Origin: Cenococcum geophilum
Taxonomy: Eukaryota
Length of the DNA: 64,000 bases
Reading direction: 5' to 3'
NCBI GenBank assembly: GCA_050273025.1
Contig: CP158635.1
Location: forward strand, 7,936,001-8,000,000
The notes under the pieces are model-generated. The model was not told where the DNA came from. It searched no databases and saw only the letters and a list, made by a program, of their open reading frames with translations. The position numbers were made by a program, and so were the translations under genes. Below, piece after piece: positions 50,546 through 61,549 of this stretch (positions are counted from its first letter, which is position 1; each line of letters opens with the position of its first letter).

Positions 50546-53149
50546 GGTGCTAGGCCTAGTTAGGAAATTAGTACACGGCCGGTGGATCGTCAGGAATATC
50601 GCCAATTGACGATTTGGAGCCTCTGCAAGAGGCTTCCCACTTATTTTAATTAATTGCTTAATAACCAAATTTAAAAATTTAAAACCCATTATTATTCCCA
50701 TATAAATATTGCAGTTATAGAAAATATTATAACTATTATAGTAAAAAGATATATTATAATTTTTAAAATTAATATTATTAATATTACTAATGTTGCTAAT
50801 GTTGCTAATGTTGCTAATGGGGCCCGGGGCTAGCGTAAAGAAGTGTACATGAGCAGATCAGCGGATCTAGCTAAAATGACCCCGGGCCAGCCCCGGGCCA
50901 GCCCCTGGCTAGCCCCTACCACTCTCCCGTTTTCCTGACGTGCGGTTAGAAGACGTTTTACCCTATCCTTAGCAGATAATAGGGTTTTTATACCACTCTA
51001 ATTAGTTATTAAAACCTTCCCTTTCCCTTTTTTAATATTAAGTAGTAGTGCCTAAAGCCGGCTTATTAAATGCTCTGTAACGCCTTTATATAGCTAGTAT
51101 AGTAAATTAGGGGCCATTATAGCGTGTATATCCGCTATATAATAGGACTAGGCAAATTTTTTAATTGGCCTAATATACTTAGGGTCGCTGCGATCTAGCT
51201 ACAAGTTTTACTGTCGTTTAAGTTGCTTAATAGTCAATTTATATATCCGTTACGGCCATTTGCTAGATATAATGCTTAGTAGGTTACCTTATTTATAAGG
51301 CGGTATATAATATATTATATAGTGTTACCCTAATTTTACTTCTATTAATATAACCTACTCCTTATAGTCTGCTATAAACCCAATAAGTATAGGGTAGTAT
51401 TGCTAGATAAACCCATCCGCGTATTATATTAGTATACCGCGCCTAGTAGCGCGTTTAAGGGCTAGTTTTTATATTAACTTAAGTACCTATACACTACTAA
51501 AGTAAATACTTACGTTTAAATATAATGCTTATTACTTAATGGTATATATCCAGCTTATTTATCTAGTTACTTAGTAAGTCCGTAGGTATATAACCTAGAA
51601 GAAGTATTACTGGCCTACTAGCTATACGTTAAGTCTTTAATAGGATATTAAGTATTGTAATATAAACCAGATGCGCCTTTTTATCTCTAGATAGTGTAGT
51701 TAGCTTAGTTTAGTTGCTACTAGGTATTACTATAATAGCCGTCGCACTATTAGGTAATTAATCTTAGAACTCCTACTAACAGTTAGCTATATATGCCTCG
51801 TTATACACTCTATTACCTTTTATATTAAACTAATAAATAGGAGAATAAACCATATTATCTTTAAATAGGAAATAACTAATTAGAAAGGCCACCACGCTAA
51901 GTATATTACAGTAGTATATCTTTAGGTTTTTGCCGTATATATTAAATTCTATAATTCGCCAGCTCTTATTACTTACACCTTTAAAAATAGAATATAGTTT
52001 TATCTTAACTTCTTTTATATTTCGGTATAATATATATCCGTCCCTTATATTTTTAATATAGGGGTCTTATAGCTACGCGTCTATTTCTTTTACTAACGTG
52101 CTATTACATACCTACTAGGCAACTTACGCCCATTCTATAAAGCTTGTAAAAGGGTAGAATATATTATTGCCCTTATTTATTCCATCTGCTGGCTAGCTAA
52201 GCCTTAGTAGGTAGCCGCGATCCGTAGTAGACTACTAATTAGAGTTCCCCTCTAGGTGGCTAAGTAGGGTTCCTATATAGCGGCCAGTCACTTTATAATA
52301 AGTTTGGGTATAATAAATATTTAAAGTAGAGAGGCTTATTGCCGCGTAACTATACATTTTAGTACTAGTTAGTTATTCTACCGGTGCTGTATTACTTAGC
52401 TCCTCTACTAATATTAAGCCGGTATTTCCTGTAATGGTTAGTAAAGTATTATTAATAGCGGTATTAGTTGCTATAAGGTTATATACCCATTATTCTATAG
52501 TAAATTTGTCATCTTTATATATATCCGCTTAAGCCTAAATTATAGGATAGACATTATCCTATTAGTTAAAATAGTTTATACCTATAGCTTTACAGTATAG
52601 CTTATATCGCGCCAATCTACCTATAGTAAAAATTGTGCGCTTGCATTTAGGGCACTAGCGATTTATTAAGCCTATTATAATAGCAACAAATACGGCTCCT
52701 TACGTTGTTATTAAGATTTAATAGGTGGGTTTATACCTAAAAAGGGCAGTATATTACATAACTAATCTAATAGCCGTAATATACAGCAATCTGCTAGCTA
52801 TCCTAATAGCTATAACGGCTTGCTCCTTTTAAATTATAAGTTAAATACACTAAGTAGCATATTATCCTAAGCGCTAATAATATATAAAGCAGTATTATAT
52901 CCTACAGTACCTATTATAATTAATTTACAACCACCAAACATTTATAAACCTTTAATCCCGCGTCCCTTACTAATACTATACGCACCTAGCATAGCAATAA
53001 TATAATTAAATAGTATGCATATTATAGAGGAGGTATAGTATAAGTCTACTAGTAAAACTCCTAGGAAGGATAAGCAGATTATATCTAGGTTTAGTATTAG
53101 CAGCGCTCGTTTATACAAAATTAAAGGGGTAGTTAAGGATATTGTAAAT

Positions 53150-53880
53150 AAGAGCAATATAATATCTATACGCTTCTAAGACTAAATAAATTACGCTATT
53201 TAAAGTAAAATTATAGCTAAAATCGTTAATTAAATCCTAGAGTTTAGTAATGCTCTAGTTAGGTAGACTAAAGAAGTAGCCTAATATCTCCTTACTCGCA
53301 CGTAGTTAAATATACGTAAGAAAGCTAGCCGGGCTAGTGCTAAATTGGGACTTCGGTATAGAGCTATAAATTCTGCTATAGGGTACCCTTATACAGAGCC
53401 TTAGGATATATATTAATCTCTTTTACCTAAATATGTTAACAAATATAACGTTTAGGGTCTTATAATCTATATATACTAAGATTTAGAGAATATACTACAG
53501 TCTATAATTTATATGGACTTAGGTACTAGTCTACTTTAAACTAACTTAGTAAAAGGGTGGATAAGTCTTTTAAATTTCCCTAAATTTTTTAATATTACCT
53601 AGGACGCTAGAGTTAACCTAGAGATAGAGGAGTTATAGGCAGATATACTAATAATTATACTAGTTCGGAATATAGGACTTTTAAAGTATATAATATAATA
53701 AACGCTTAAAGCCTTTAAGGATATAATTGTTTTTATAGTTACGAATATACGCGGTATATAGTATTAGTCCTTATAGCTTTAAATCTAATACTATTTAGAG
53801 TCTCAATTATTTACTGGAAGCCCTACTTAAAAGGGTATATTAAAGCGGTCTTAATTAAGCTAAAATATCAATCCTAAATA
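53150..53880 (+). pseudogene. Decayed ORF divergent from the transposase, unknown function
   Basis: Protein-like de-RIP frame (..YxRKLAGLVLNWDFGIELQ..). Boundaries are approximate. Confidence 0.3.
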
Positions 53881-54318
53881 GGCAAAACGTCCTAAGCGTA
53901 TTAACCCTCATTCTTAGGTTATATATTCTAATATACTTCTAGCTCTACCCATTATACTAGTTTTATAAAGAATATTTTCTATAACTAAAGGAAGCGCATT
54001 TAGCGGCAATCTGCTATAGCAAATTGCCCTTTAACTCGCGCGTATTACATTCCGTTAGCAAGAGCATTTGCCTTAAGCTTATTTACTTTACTTTACTTTT
54101 TACCTCTACTACCTTAATTAACTCTCACACGGTGCCTCTACGCGACATTAATTAGTTAATTAATTAGTTAAACCGCCAATTGCTGCTTTAAGCTGCGACT
54201 TACTCCCTAAAACTACAGCAATCTGCCTAGTAGATTAACTCTTATAATTAGTTTATCTTACCTACCTACTTTAGACTCGCACCTTTACTAATTACTAATT
54301 AGATTCTTCTACTTTTAT

Positions 54319-57300
54319 ATAGCAACGCTCTACTTCTTCTTTATTCCGTCTTAGTATTTTTATATATTATAATAAAGGACTTAGATATTATAAAGGGATA
54401 GGATATTAATGCTTATCGCCTTAAGGAAATTAAAAGATATAATCTTAGATAATATATAAGAGGCCGGGCTTAAAAAACCCACGTTTTGTACTACTAAAGA
54501 TAAAGTGCCGTATAATTAGTTTATTTAGAAAATTTTTAGCAACTTAACTAAGAAGGAACGTGCTTTAAACAGCTAGTCTAGATAGGCTATTATTTCTTTT
54601 ATATTATCCTAGAGGACTAATACTACTAAACGGCAAAATAATATAAAGTTGGAAGTTAAACCTAATTTAAACCCATAATAACGCTAGCACGTACATTTAC
54701 TTCTAAGCCAATCTCTAAATTATACGGGTTTACATCACTAAATAAGCCGTTCTTACTTAAAAATATAACCTTTTAGTTTTAAAGAATAAACCTAATCACC
54801 TAAAGCACTGTAAAGCTTTATATAGTTTATAAATTTTAGAAGGCAATATAGAAACTCTAATAGTTAAAGAAATTAGTTTCTCGCTATTTTAAAAGGTCTT
54901 AGTATTAGTAGGTTTTATCTTAGATAAGAATGAAATTACTTAGCTTAACATAGTTACTAATAAGGAGGTTTATATTACCTAGCGAGGGCCATTATAAGCC
55001 TTATTTTAGTAGTGTATGCTATATAATAGGAGTAGAGTAAAATTTCTACTTAAGAGTACGGATTATAAGTCCCTTTAATAATATCTAGCTATTTATATGC
55101 TAATAATTATAGCCAAGTATTTAATTATAAAAGTACTGTACTAATTACTAAATAAGTAGGGTATAAACCCTCCCAGAATTGCTAATACTTTAACCTATAG
55201 TATTCGCGCGCTAAGGCCGCACTTAAGAAACGGTAGAAGATTACGCCTAAGCCGATCCGCAAGCACTTAGATATTAAGTTTATTAATAAAAACAGTAAGA
55301 ATAAGAGCGATACTTTATCTATTTTATTAATACATAGCGGTATTTTAAGTTTATTAAGTCCGAAGAAACGTAATTATAAAAGGGAGTAACCTACTAGAGG
55401 CATCTACGGGCAAACTACGGCAAATTGCGGTAAGCTACTAGGAACAGCCGTAATAATCTAGTTATCTAGCCTATAGACAATCCTGACGATATAGAGCACG
55501 GTAAGGATAATTATAATACTCCCTAGAGTAAAACTGCTTTATATCCCTAATTAGCTTAAACTCTATATAATAATTTAACACTATACCCGCAAAAGCTTTC
55601 CTTAGTAAAATTATAGAAATTAATACAATCTAAGATACCTTAGGTAAAAATGCGCCTAAGGATAATATAACCTAGCTAAGGAAATATAGGCTATAATACC
55701 TATTGCGTAAAGGTATAAGCATATAGTTATATAGAGTATATCTTAAATTAGACTAATATTAGCTCTTTTTAGATTTTAAGAGGCCGCTATAGCTAAAGCA
55801 GAAGGTAAGGTTTAATAAATAGAGTAGTAAATATACGAACGTTTGGCTAAGCTATGCAGAGTTCCTAAAAAGGCCGTCTTAGCGAAGAACCCGGTCCCCG
55901 TTTCTAGTAAATAGGGTTTAAATCTAAAGTTTAAATTATTTCTATACCAGCTATATGGCGTATTTAAGATATTCTACTAAAAGTACACGCAACTAAACGG
56001 TGGGGTTTTTGCTAATGGTGTAGGAACCAGAAAAATTATAACCGCGTACTTAACTATTATCCTTAGTTACTACTATGCTATAAACCTAGATAAAGCGGCT
56101 GCTAATTAAGCGGCTAAAAATGCAAATTAGTATCTATAGAAGGATAACTAGGCTAAAGACGCTAAGTGTCCTAGCTAGGACAAGATGCCTTTTCTATACT
56201 TATATGTAAATTAAAACGCTATGTCTATAATATAAAGATAGTATAGTGCAAATCTAGTTATTATAATTCTAAGTGTAATTACTAGCTAGAGAGACAATTA
56301 TATCTTATTATTTAAGGACTCTACGCTTATAATAAAAGAGTAGACGCTACTACGGTTTGCAATATGCTATAAGATAAAAGGTATATCTAAAGGAATGGCG
56401 CGACTAAACCCTTAGGAATGGCTTTAAATGGGGACTTTAGGGGACTAGTTAGATCACAATATAATAAATAATAGTCGGACTTTTATAGGTAAAAAGAAAA
56501 CGCCCTACTTATAGTTCTCTAACGGCCCTCTATAGAAGTACATAAACCGTTATAACTACGCTCTTTAGCAGAATCTTATAGGATAAGTTTTATAATAATA
56601 AAAATTAAGAAACTTATATTAACCAATTCCTTTATTCTTAAAAAAAAATGTAGTACCGCTATACCTAAGATTCTTTGCCTAGGCCATTTCTAGTATAGTA
56701 ATAGAGAATGGTGTTATAGATATATACTAGTTTATTATAAGCGCCCTTAAAGATGCAGATTAGGCAACCGCTTAAGCTGACCTAGTATTTTTAGAAAATA
56801 CACGTCCGCGGAAGTTAATAAAATAGCTAAACTATGGACCCAATTTTTAAAGCAGAGAAGGAGTAACCCTAAAAGTGCCTTACAGTCTATAATATATAAA
56901 GAATTAGTTAAGGTTAGTGGCCTAATTCTTATAAATTTTCTTATTCGCCGTAACCGGGATACTATTAACTTTAATAACTAAAAACTAAAGGCTGTCCTAG
57001 GCTAGCTCTAAATTTAATACGTAAAGTGTAATTATAAAACTAAAGAATTTAAATTCCTATATAGTATAGAAGGTGCAATAGTGTTAGAAATAGAAGAGGT
57101 ATTCTAGCAGAAAATAGTCAAATAGAGAGAAGATAGTTTTCCTACTAGGAAAAAACTAGTACAAATGGCCAGCAGCTCCTTAAGCAGCTACTTTACGTGC
57201 TATAATATAGCGATAACACCTAGGTTACTTTTATAGAAGGATAGATTTAATAAGGATCTTTTAGATAATAAAAAAAATAAACGTCTAGTCTAATACTACA

Positions 57301-57850
57301 CTAACGCAGTTAAAAATCCTATTAAAAGTATCTTAGATTAGAATAAGGAGGAAATTCTTTATAACAATATAAAGTTTAAAACGCTTTTAGCTATCTATAA
57401 AGAAATTACAGCAGCACTATATGTTAAAGGCTATCGTAGTAAATTTTTTATTAGTACTAATTTTTTATTTATTAGGGCGGTATATATACTAGTAAGTAGT
57501 AAAACACTCTATCTTTTTACCTCTTAATAGCAGTACGCTTAACTGGAACTCTAAGCTAATACTTATTTTAAGCCTTAGTTGCTAAATATAGCAAGGATGC
57601 TATTATATGCCTCCCTAGAGGAACATTACTAAAGTAAAAAGACTATATAATTTATAACTTATAAAAGCAGCTAAATAGACTATAAATTCTCTTATTATTT
57701 CTAAAGGCTATTACGGAGGGTGTTACTATTAACGGCTTCCCGTATTGGAAGTGGAATTCTAAATAAGCTTAAGTTTAAGAAAAATGTAGACATAAATAAG
57801 CCTGGAAATTTAAAGAGGTAGCTAATATAAATGTTATAGATTATAGTAGC
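54319..57850 (+). pseudogene. SNF2/SWI2-like SF2 helicase, paralog 1
   Basis: De-RIP PHQLYG (Q motif), NGGVFADGVGTGKT at about 55996-56037, RDEFH at about 56580, and motif-V-like KAITEGVTI..ASR at about 57704-57743. Long acidic/basic N-terminus. Confidence 0.75.
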
Positions 57851-57869
57851 AATATATTTTTAATCCTTT

Positions 57870-58915
57870 TAGCGCGGAATTAGGTAATATACTAAGTAGT
57901 TTGCCGTAAATTCTTTTTTAGTAGAAGAAGTATAACAGACTATTATTTTTAGAATTAGGTAATATAGTAGGCAGTATTCCGCAGTCTTACGGTTAGTAAA
58001 AGGCAAATACTAGATTGTTTTTTTTTATAGAATTAAGCAATATACTTAGTAATATATAGCAGTCTTATAGCTAATAGAAGGCATATACTAAGTTATTTTT
58101 TATAAAACTAGGCAATATATCGGCAATATACCACAATTCTTTTATTAATAAGAGAAGTATACTATTTTACTATTTAAGGAACCGGGCAATACACGGGTAA
58201 TATATCGTAGTGCTCTATTAATAAAAGAAGCCGCTAGCTTATAACGCGGGAACCAGGTAATATATAAGCTAATATTCGGAATACTTTACTTATAAAAGGA
58301 GCTTACTAGCTTGCGATATAGGAACCGGGTAACGCATAATTAGGTATATCACAATGCTCTATTAATAAGCAGCGCTTACTAGTTTACTATTTAAGGACCT
58401 AAGTAATACGCTAGGCTATATATCGTGGTGCTCTGTTAATATAGCAAGTCTACTAGTTTGCGGCGTAAGAGCTAGGTAATATACGAGCTAATATATCGGA
58501 ATACTCTGCTAATAGGCGATACCTGCTAGCTTGCAATTTAAAGAATTGGGTAATATGCCTAGCAATATACGGCAACTTCGTGCTTAGTAGTAAAAGTTTA
58601 CTAGCTTGCCGCTTAAGGAACTAGGCGGTGTGCTAGGCAATATATAGCAATTTCGCGCTTAGTAATAAAAGTTTACTAGCTTGCCGCTTAAGGAACTAGG
58701 CGGTGTACTAGGCAATATACGGCAATTTCGCGCTCAGTGATGGAAGTTTATTAGCTTACCGCTTAAGAAACTAGGCAATATGCTAGGCAATATACGACAA
58801 TTTCTTACTTAGTAATAGAAGTCTACTAGCTTACCGCTTAAGAAACTAGGCGTATGCTAGGCAATATGCGGCAATTTCGCGCTTAGTAATTAAAGTCTAC
58901 TGGTTTACTCTTTAA
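57870..58915 (-). repeat. Degenerate tandem repeat, mostly 72-75-bp units, probably coding (24-25 aa units)
   Basis: GGAACYRGGYAA recurs at in-frame spacings. The minus strand reads about FLERQAGxLPSLSAKLPYIAQHxAQ after de-RIP. Confidence 0.7.
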
Positions 58916-59899
58916 GGCAGTAATCTTGTTAGATTGGAGCTCCTAGCTAGAGTTATAATTAATATAGACTTTAGATCTAACTATTTAATTAGTAGAGCGG
59001 AGTGAATATAAAGTTAATATAGCTCTTAGAGCTCTAGATCTATAGCTAAGGAAGAATAGATTACTGGTAACTCCGTGCTTAATATAAGGCCAATTAGTAA
59101 CTTCTAGAGCTCTACTACTAACTCGGTGTCTATTAAGGGGCATATTAGCTATAGAATTTAGAATACCCACTTATTCTACTACTATTCTCTTTATACTAGT
59201 ATACGGCTCATTCCAGATATATACCCCAATCGCAATACTATAGTCGCGTTTGCATACCTTATATAATGTTATTATCTTAATCTTTTTAATCGCGATAAGC
59301 TTGTTTCCGGGGGGTTCGTATAAAAGGTAGGCAAAGATATAGAAAACGCCGATTATAGAGAGGACGTTAGTTAAGGAGGAGGCTCTATTACTATATTAAA
59401 GTAAGGAGTCGCAATAGAGGCCTAGTGGCAGAGAGGGGCTCTTTTAAATTGTTTACTAACGTTAATTACGCATTAATATACAAAGTTAAATCTAGAGCCT
59501 TATTTTGGAGCCTTACTAAATAATTAACTTAATTACAGATTTAAATAAGCTATAGTAGTAGCCGCTACTAATTATAAAACGGGTAATATTAAAAGGCGTA
59601 TAGATTAAACAGTTATAATATAGAGGTGATTTGCAACTAAATAGTAAGGAGCTTTAAGCTCTATATCCCTTCGTCTAGTAAAAGAGACTTTTTATATTGG
59701 GCGCTTTAGGCGCTCCTACCTAGGTTAGTATACTGCGGGCACCCTAGCTAGCGTGATTTTATTAGCAAGCCTTACCAAAACGCGTTAACTTGCGATGCCG
59801 ATAAAATGCTATAGAAGGCCACTACCTATATATATATTTAAGGAAGTTAGGCAAAATGTCGTAATATATAATATTATAATTATAGGTTTTTACCCTTCC

Positions 59900-61050
59900 T
59901 CTATTAACCAGCTGCCGATTATATAGAATAATCCTCTATTAAAGTCTTCCCCTAAATTACTACCACCTATTCGCTTTATACGCATTCTTAATATTAATAA
60001 GGATAAGCTTCCCTCTTAGATCTTACTACTAAATACTATCCATCTATCTATTACCTACTCTCTACATTAGAACTAATTTCCCCTTAACTTAACTATATAC
60101 TAGCCCTTAACCTATTTCTAAAGTAAACGTTATAATAATATATATGCCAATAAGGAGTTATAGATATCTTATACTAATTAGTTATTATAGATAAATAAAA
60201 ACCCTAAGTATATAACTACCCCAGCCAAGCGCACTAAGCGTCCCTATATTAAAAAGGCGTTACTAAAGAATAGAGATAGGATTACTAAGCCAGCTCTAAA
60301 GCCGCAAAAGAAGAAAGCGGCAGATAGTTGCTAAAAGGAGATTAGAGGGTTTCTAATTAAGTAGGAGAAGAATAGTAAGGTAGCTAAAGCTATAAAGACA
60401 GCTTAGCTACCTATTAAGAAGCCTTTACCAACCCATTCTGTCCTGCCGGCCGCTAGAAATGCCACTATATATAGTTTAAAAAGAACCGAGTTAAATAAAA
60501 ATAGTGCCGCGGAGATAGCTGTTATAGAAACTAAAAAACTATAAAGAGGGACCTCTTTAATATTATAAGTTAGATAATTAGTCGTATAAAGAAGGGATAG
60601 GATACTTTATAGACTATATTACCCGCTAATTGCCAGAATAGAGAGTTTAAAGACAGAAATTAAGGAACTTTAAAAAGCTAAGAAGGCTTAAAATATATCT
60701 ATTATTAATCTAATCCAGGACGCCTAAGTAATAAAGTAGGATTATCTCTAAGGTTATAAAACTATATTTGTAACTAACTAAAGCGCATAATATAAATTAA
60801 AGAAAGGTAATATTTTAAAAGCTTTTAGTAAAGGACCAGCTTAAGGTTATAAGGGAGACGTACTATATACGCTAAATAAGGTATATTAAGTGCTATAAGT
60901 AGTTAAACAGTTTAATTGGCGGCTGTTTAATATAGAGGATTAATTAAGGGCGGTATAGGAGGGCTTAAAGGAGGCTATAGTAAAGGCTTAATTAGCTTTA
61001 CCTAGTCTCCTATTAAAAAATAATCAAAAACAATACGTAAATTCTATACT
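59900..61050 (+). pseudogene. Decayed ORF with Lys/Arg-rich and coiled-coil-like tracts
   Basis: PAKRTKRP and KPQKKKAA are read on the + strand. Boundaries are approximate. Confidence 0.3.
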
Positions 61051-61549
61051 TAGCTAAGTTATTACCTTTTTATATTAGTAGTTAAGGTAGGGTTTATAAG
61101 GTTTAATAAACTAATAAGTTAGTTTAGTTCTTAAATCCTAAAAATTATAACTATATAAGGCTTATACTACCTAAGGCAATCTACTATAAAATGCCGCTAG
61201 ACTCGGTATTCCGCGTATTTACTAGAACTTCTTAATTCACCTTACCATTAATAAGTATTAGATAACGGTAATTTGCCTACTAGCGTTACTATAGAAGTAC
61301 TTAACTTTAATATCCACTTCGCCTAACTCTTTACCTCTATTACCTTAACTAACTCTCTTACGGCACCTCTACGCGACATTAATTAGTTAATTAATTAGTT
61401 TAACCGCTAATTACTACTTTAAGTCATAACTTATACCCTAGAACTGCGGAAATCTACCTAGTTAATTAATTCTTATAATTAGTTTGTCTTACCTACCTAC
61501 TTTAGACTTATACCTGTACTAAATACTAACTAGATTCTTCCGCTCTTAT

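Larger units (their letters stand above)
49189..50940. mobile_element. Non-autonomous TIR element (1752 bp), little RIP
   Basis: Perfect 15-bp TIR CGTCAGGAAAACGGG, extending imperfectly to about 21 bp, with TG on both flanks. Removing it plus one TG restores the transposase frame (RLLTA-R-FAKV). Confidence 0.88.
47785..52680 (-). pseudogene. Plavaka-family transposase, RIP-inactivated and interrupted at 49189-50940
   Basis: De-RIP motifs in order: N-terminal CPKC..H..C finger (about 52600-52660), RVYNEAHTAxCWW, SDQTKLTTLSGDKKAHPVYITI, LLGYIP, PDLLHQLYKGV, LSQWTGKxYK, DFILLAKY.SHD, FNIPKLHAISHY, TEHGERxHI, FWVNSYxDWD. Confidence 0.88.

Noticed and set aside
50345..50701. 118-aa ORF with LPAC repeats
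   Set aside because: It is a translation of the AGGC/AGGT microsatellite.
55481..55488. TCCTGACG as a possible right terminus of the Plavaka element
   Set aside because: It lies inside the SNF2 coding region, which is colinear with paralog 2. It is not followed by CT or by Gypsy D sequence.
52942..59170. ORFs 52942-53157 and 58985-59170
   Set aside because: They are short frames in RIP-saturated DNA with no recognisable domain. At most they are fragments of decayed genes.
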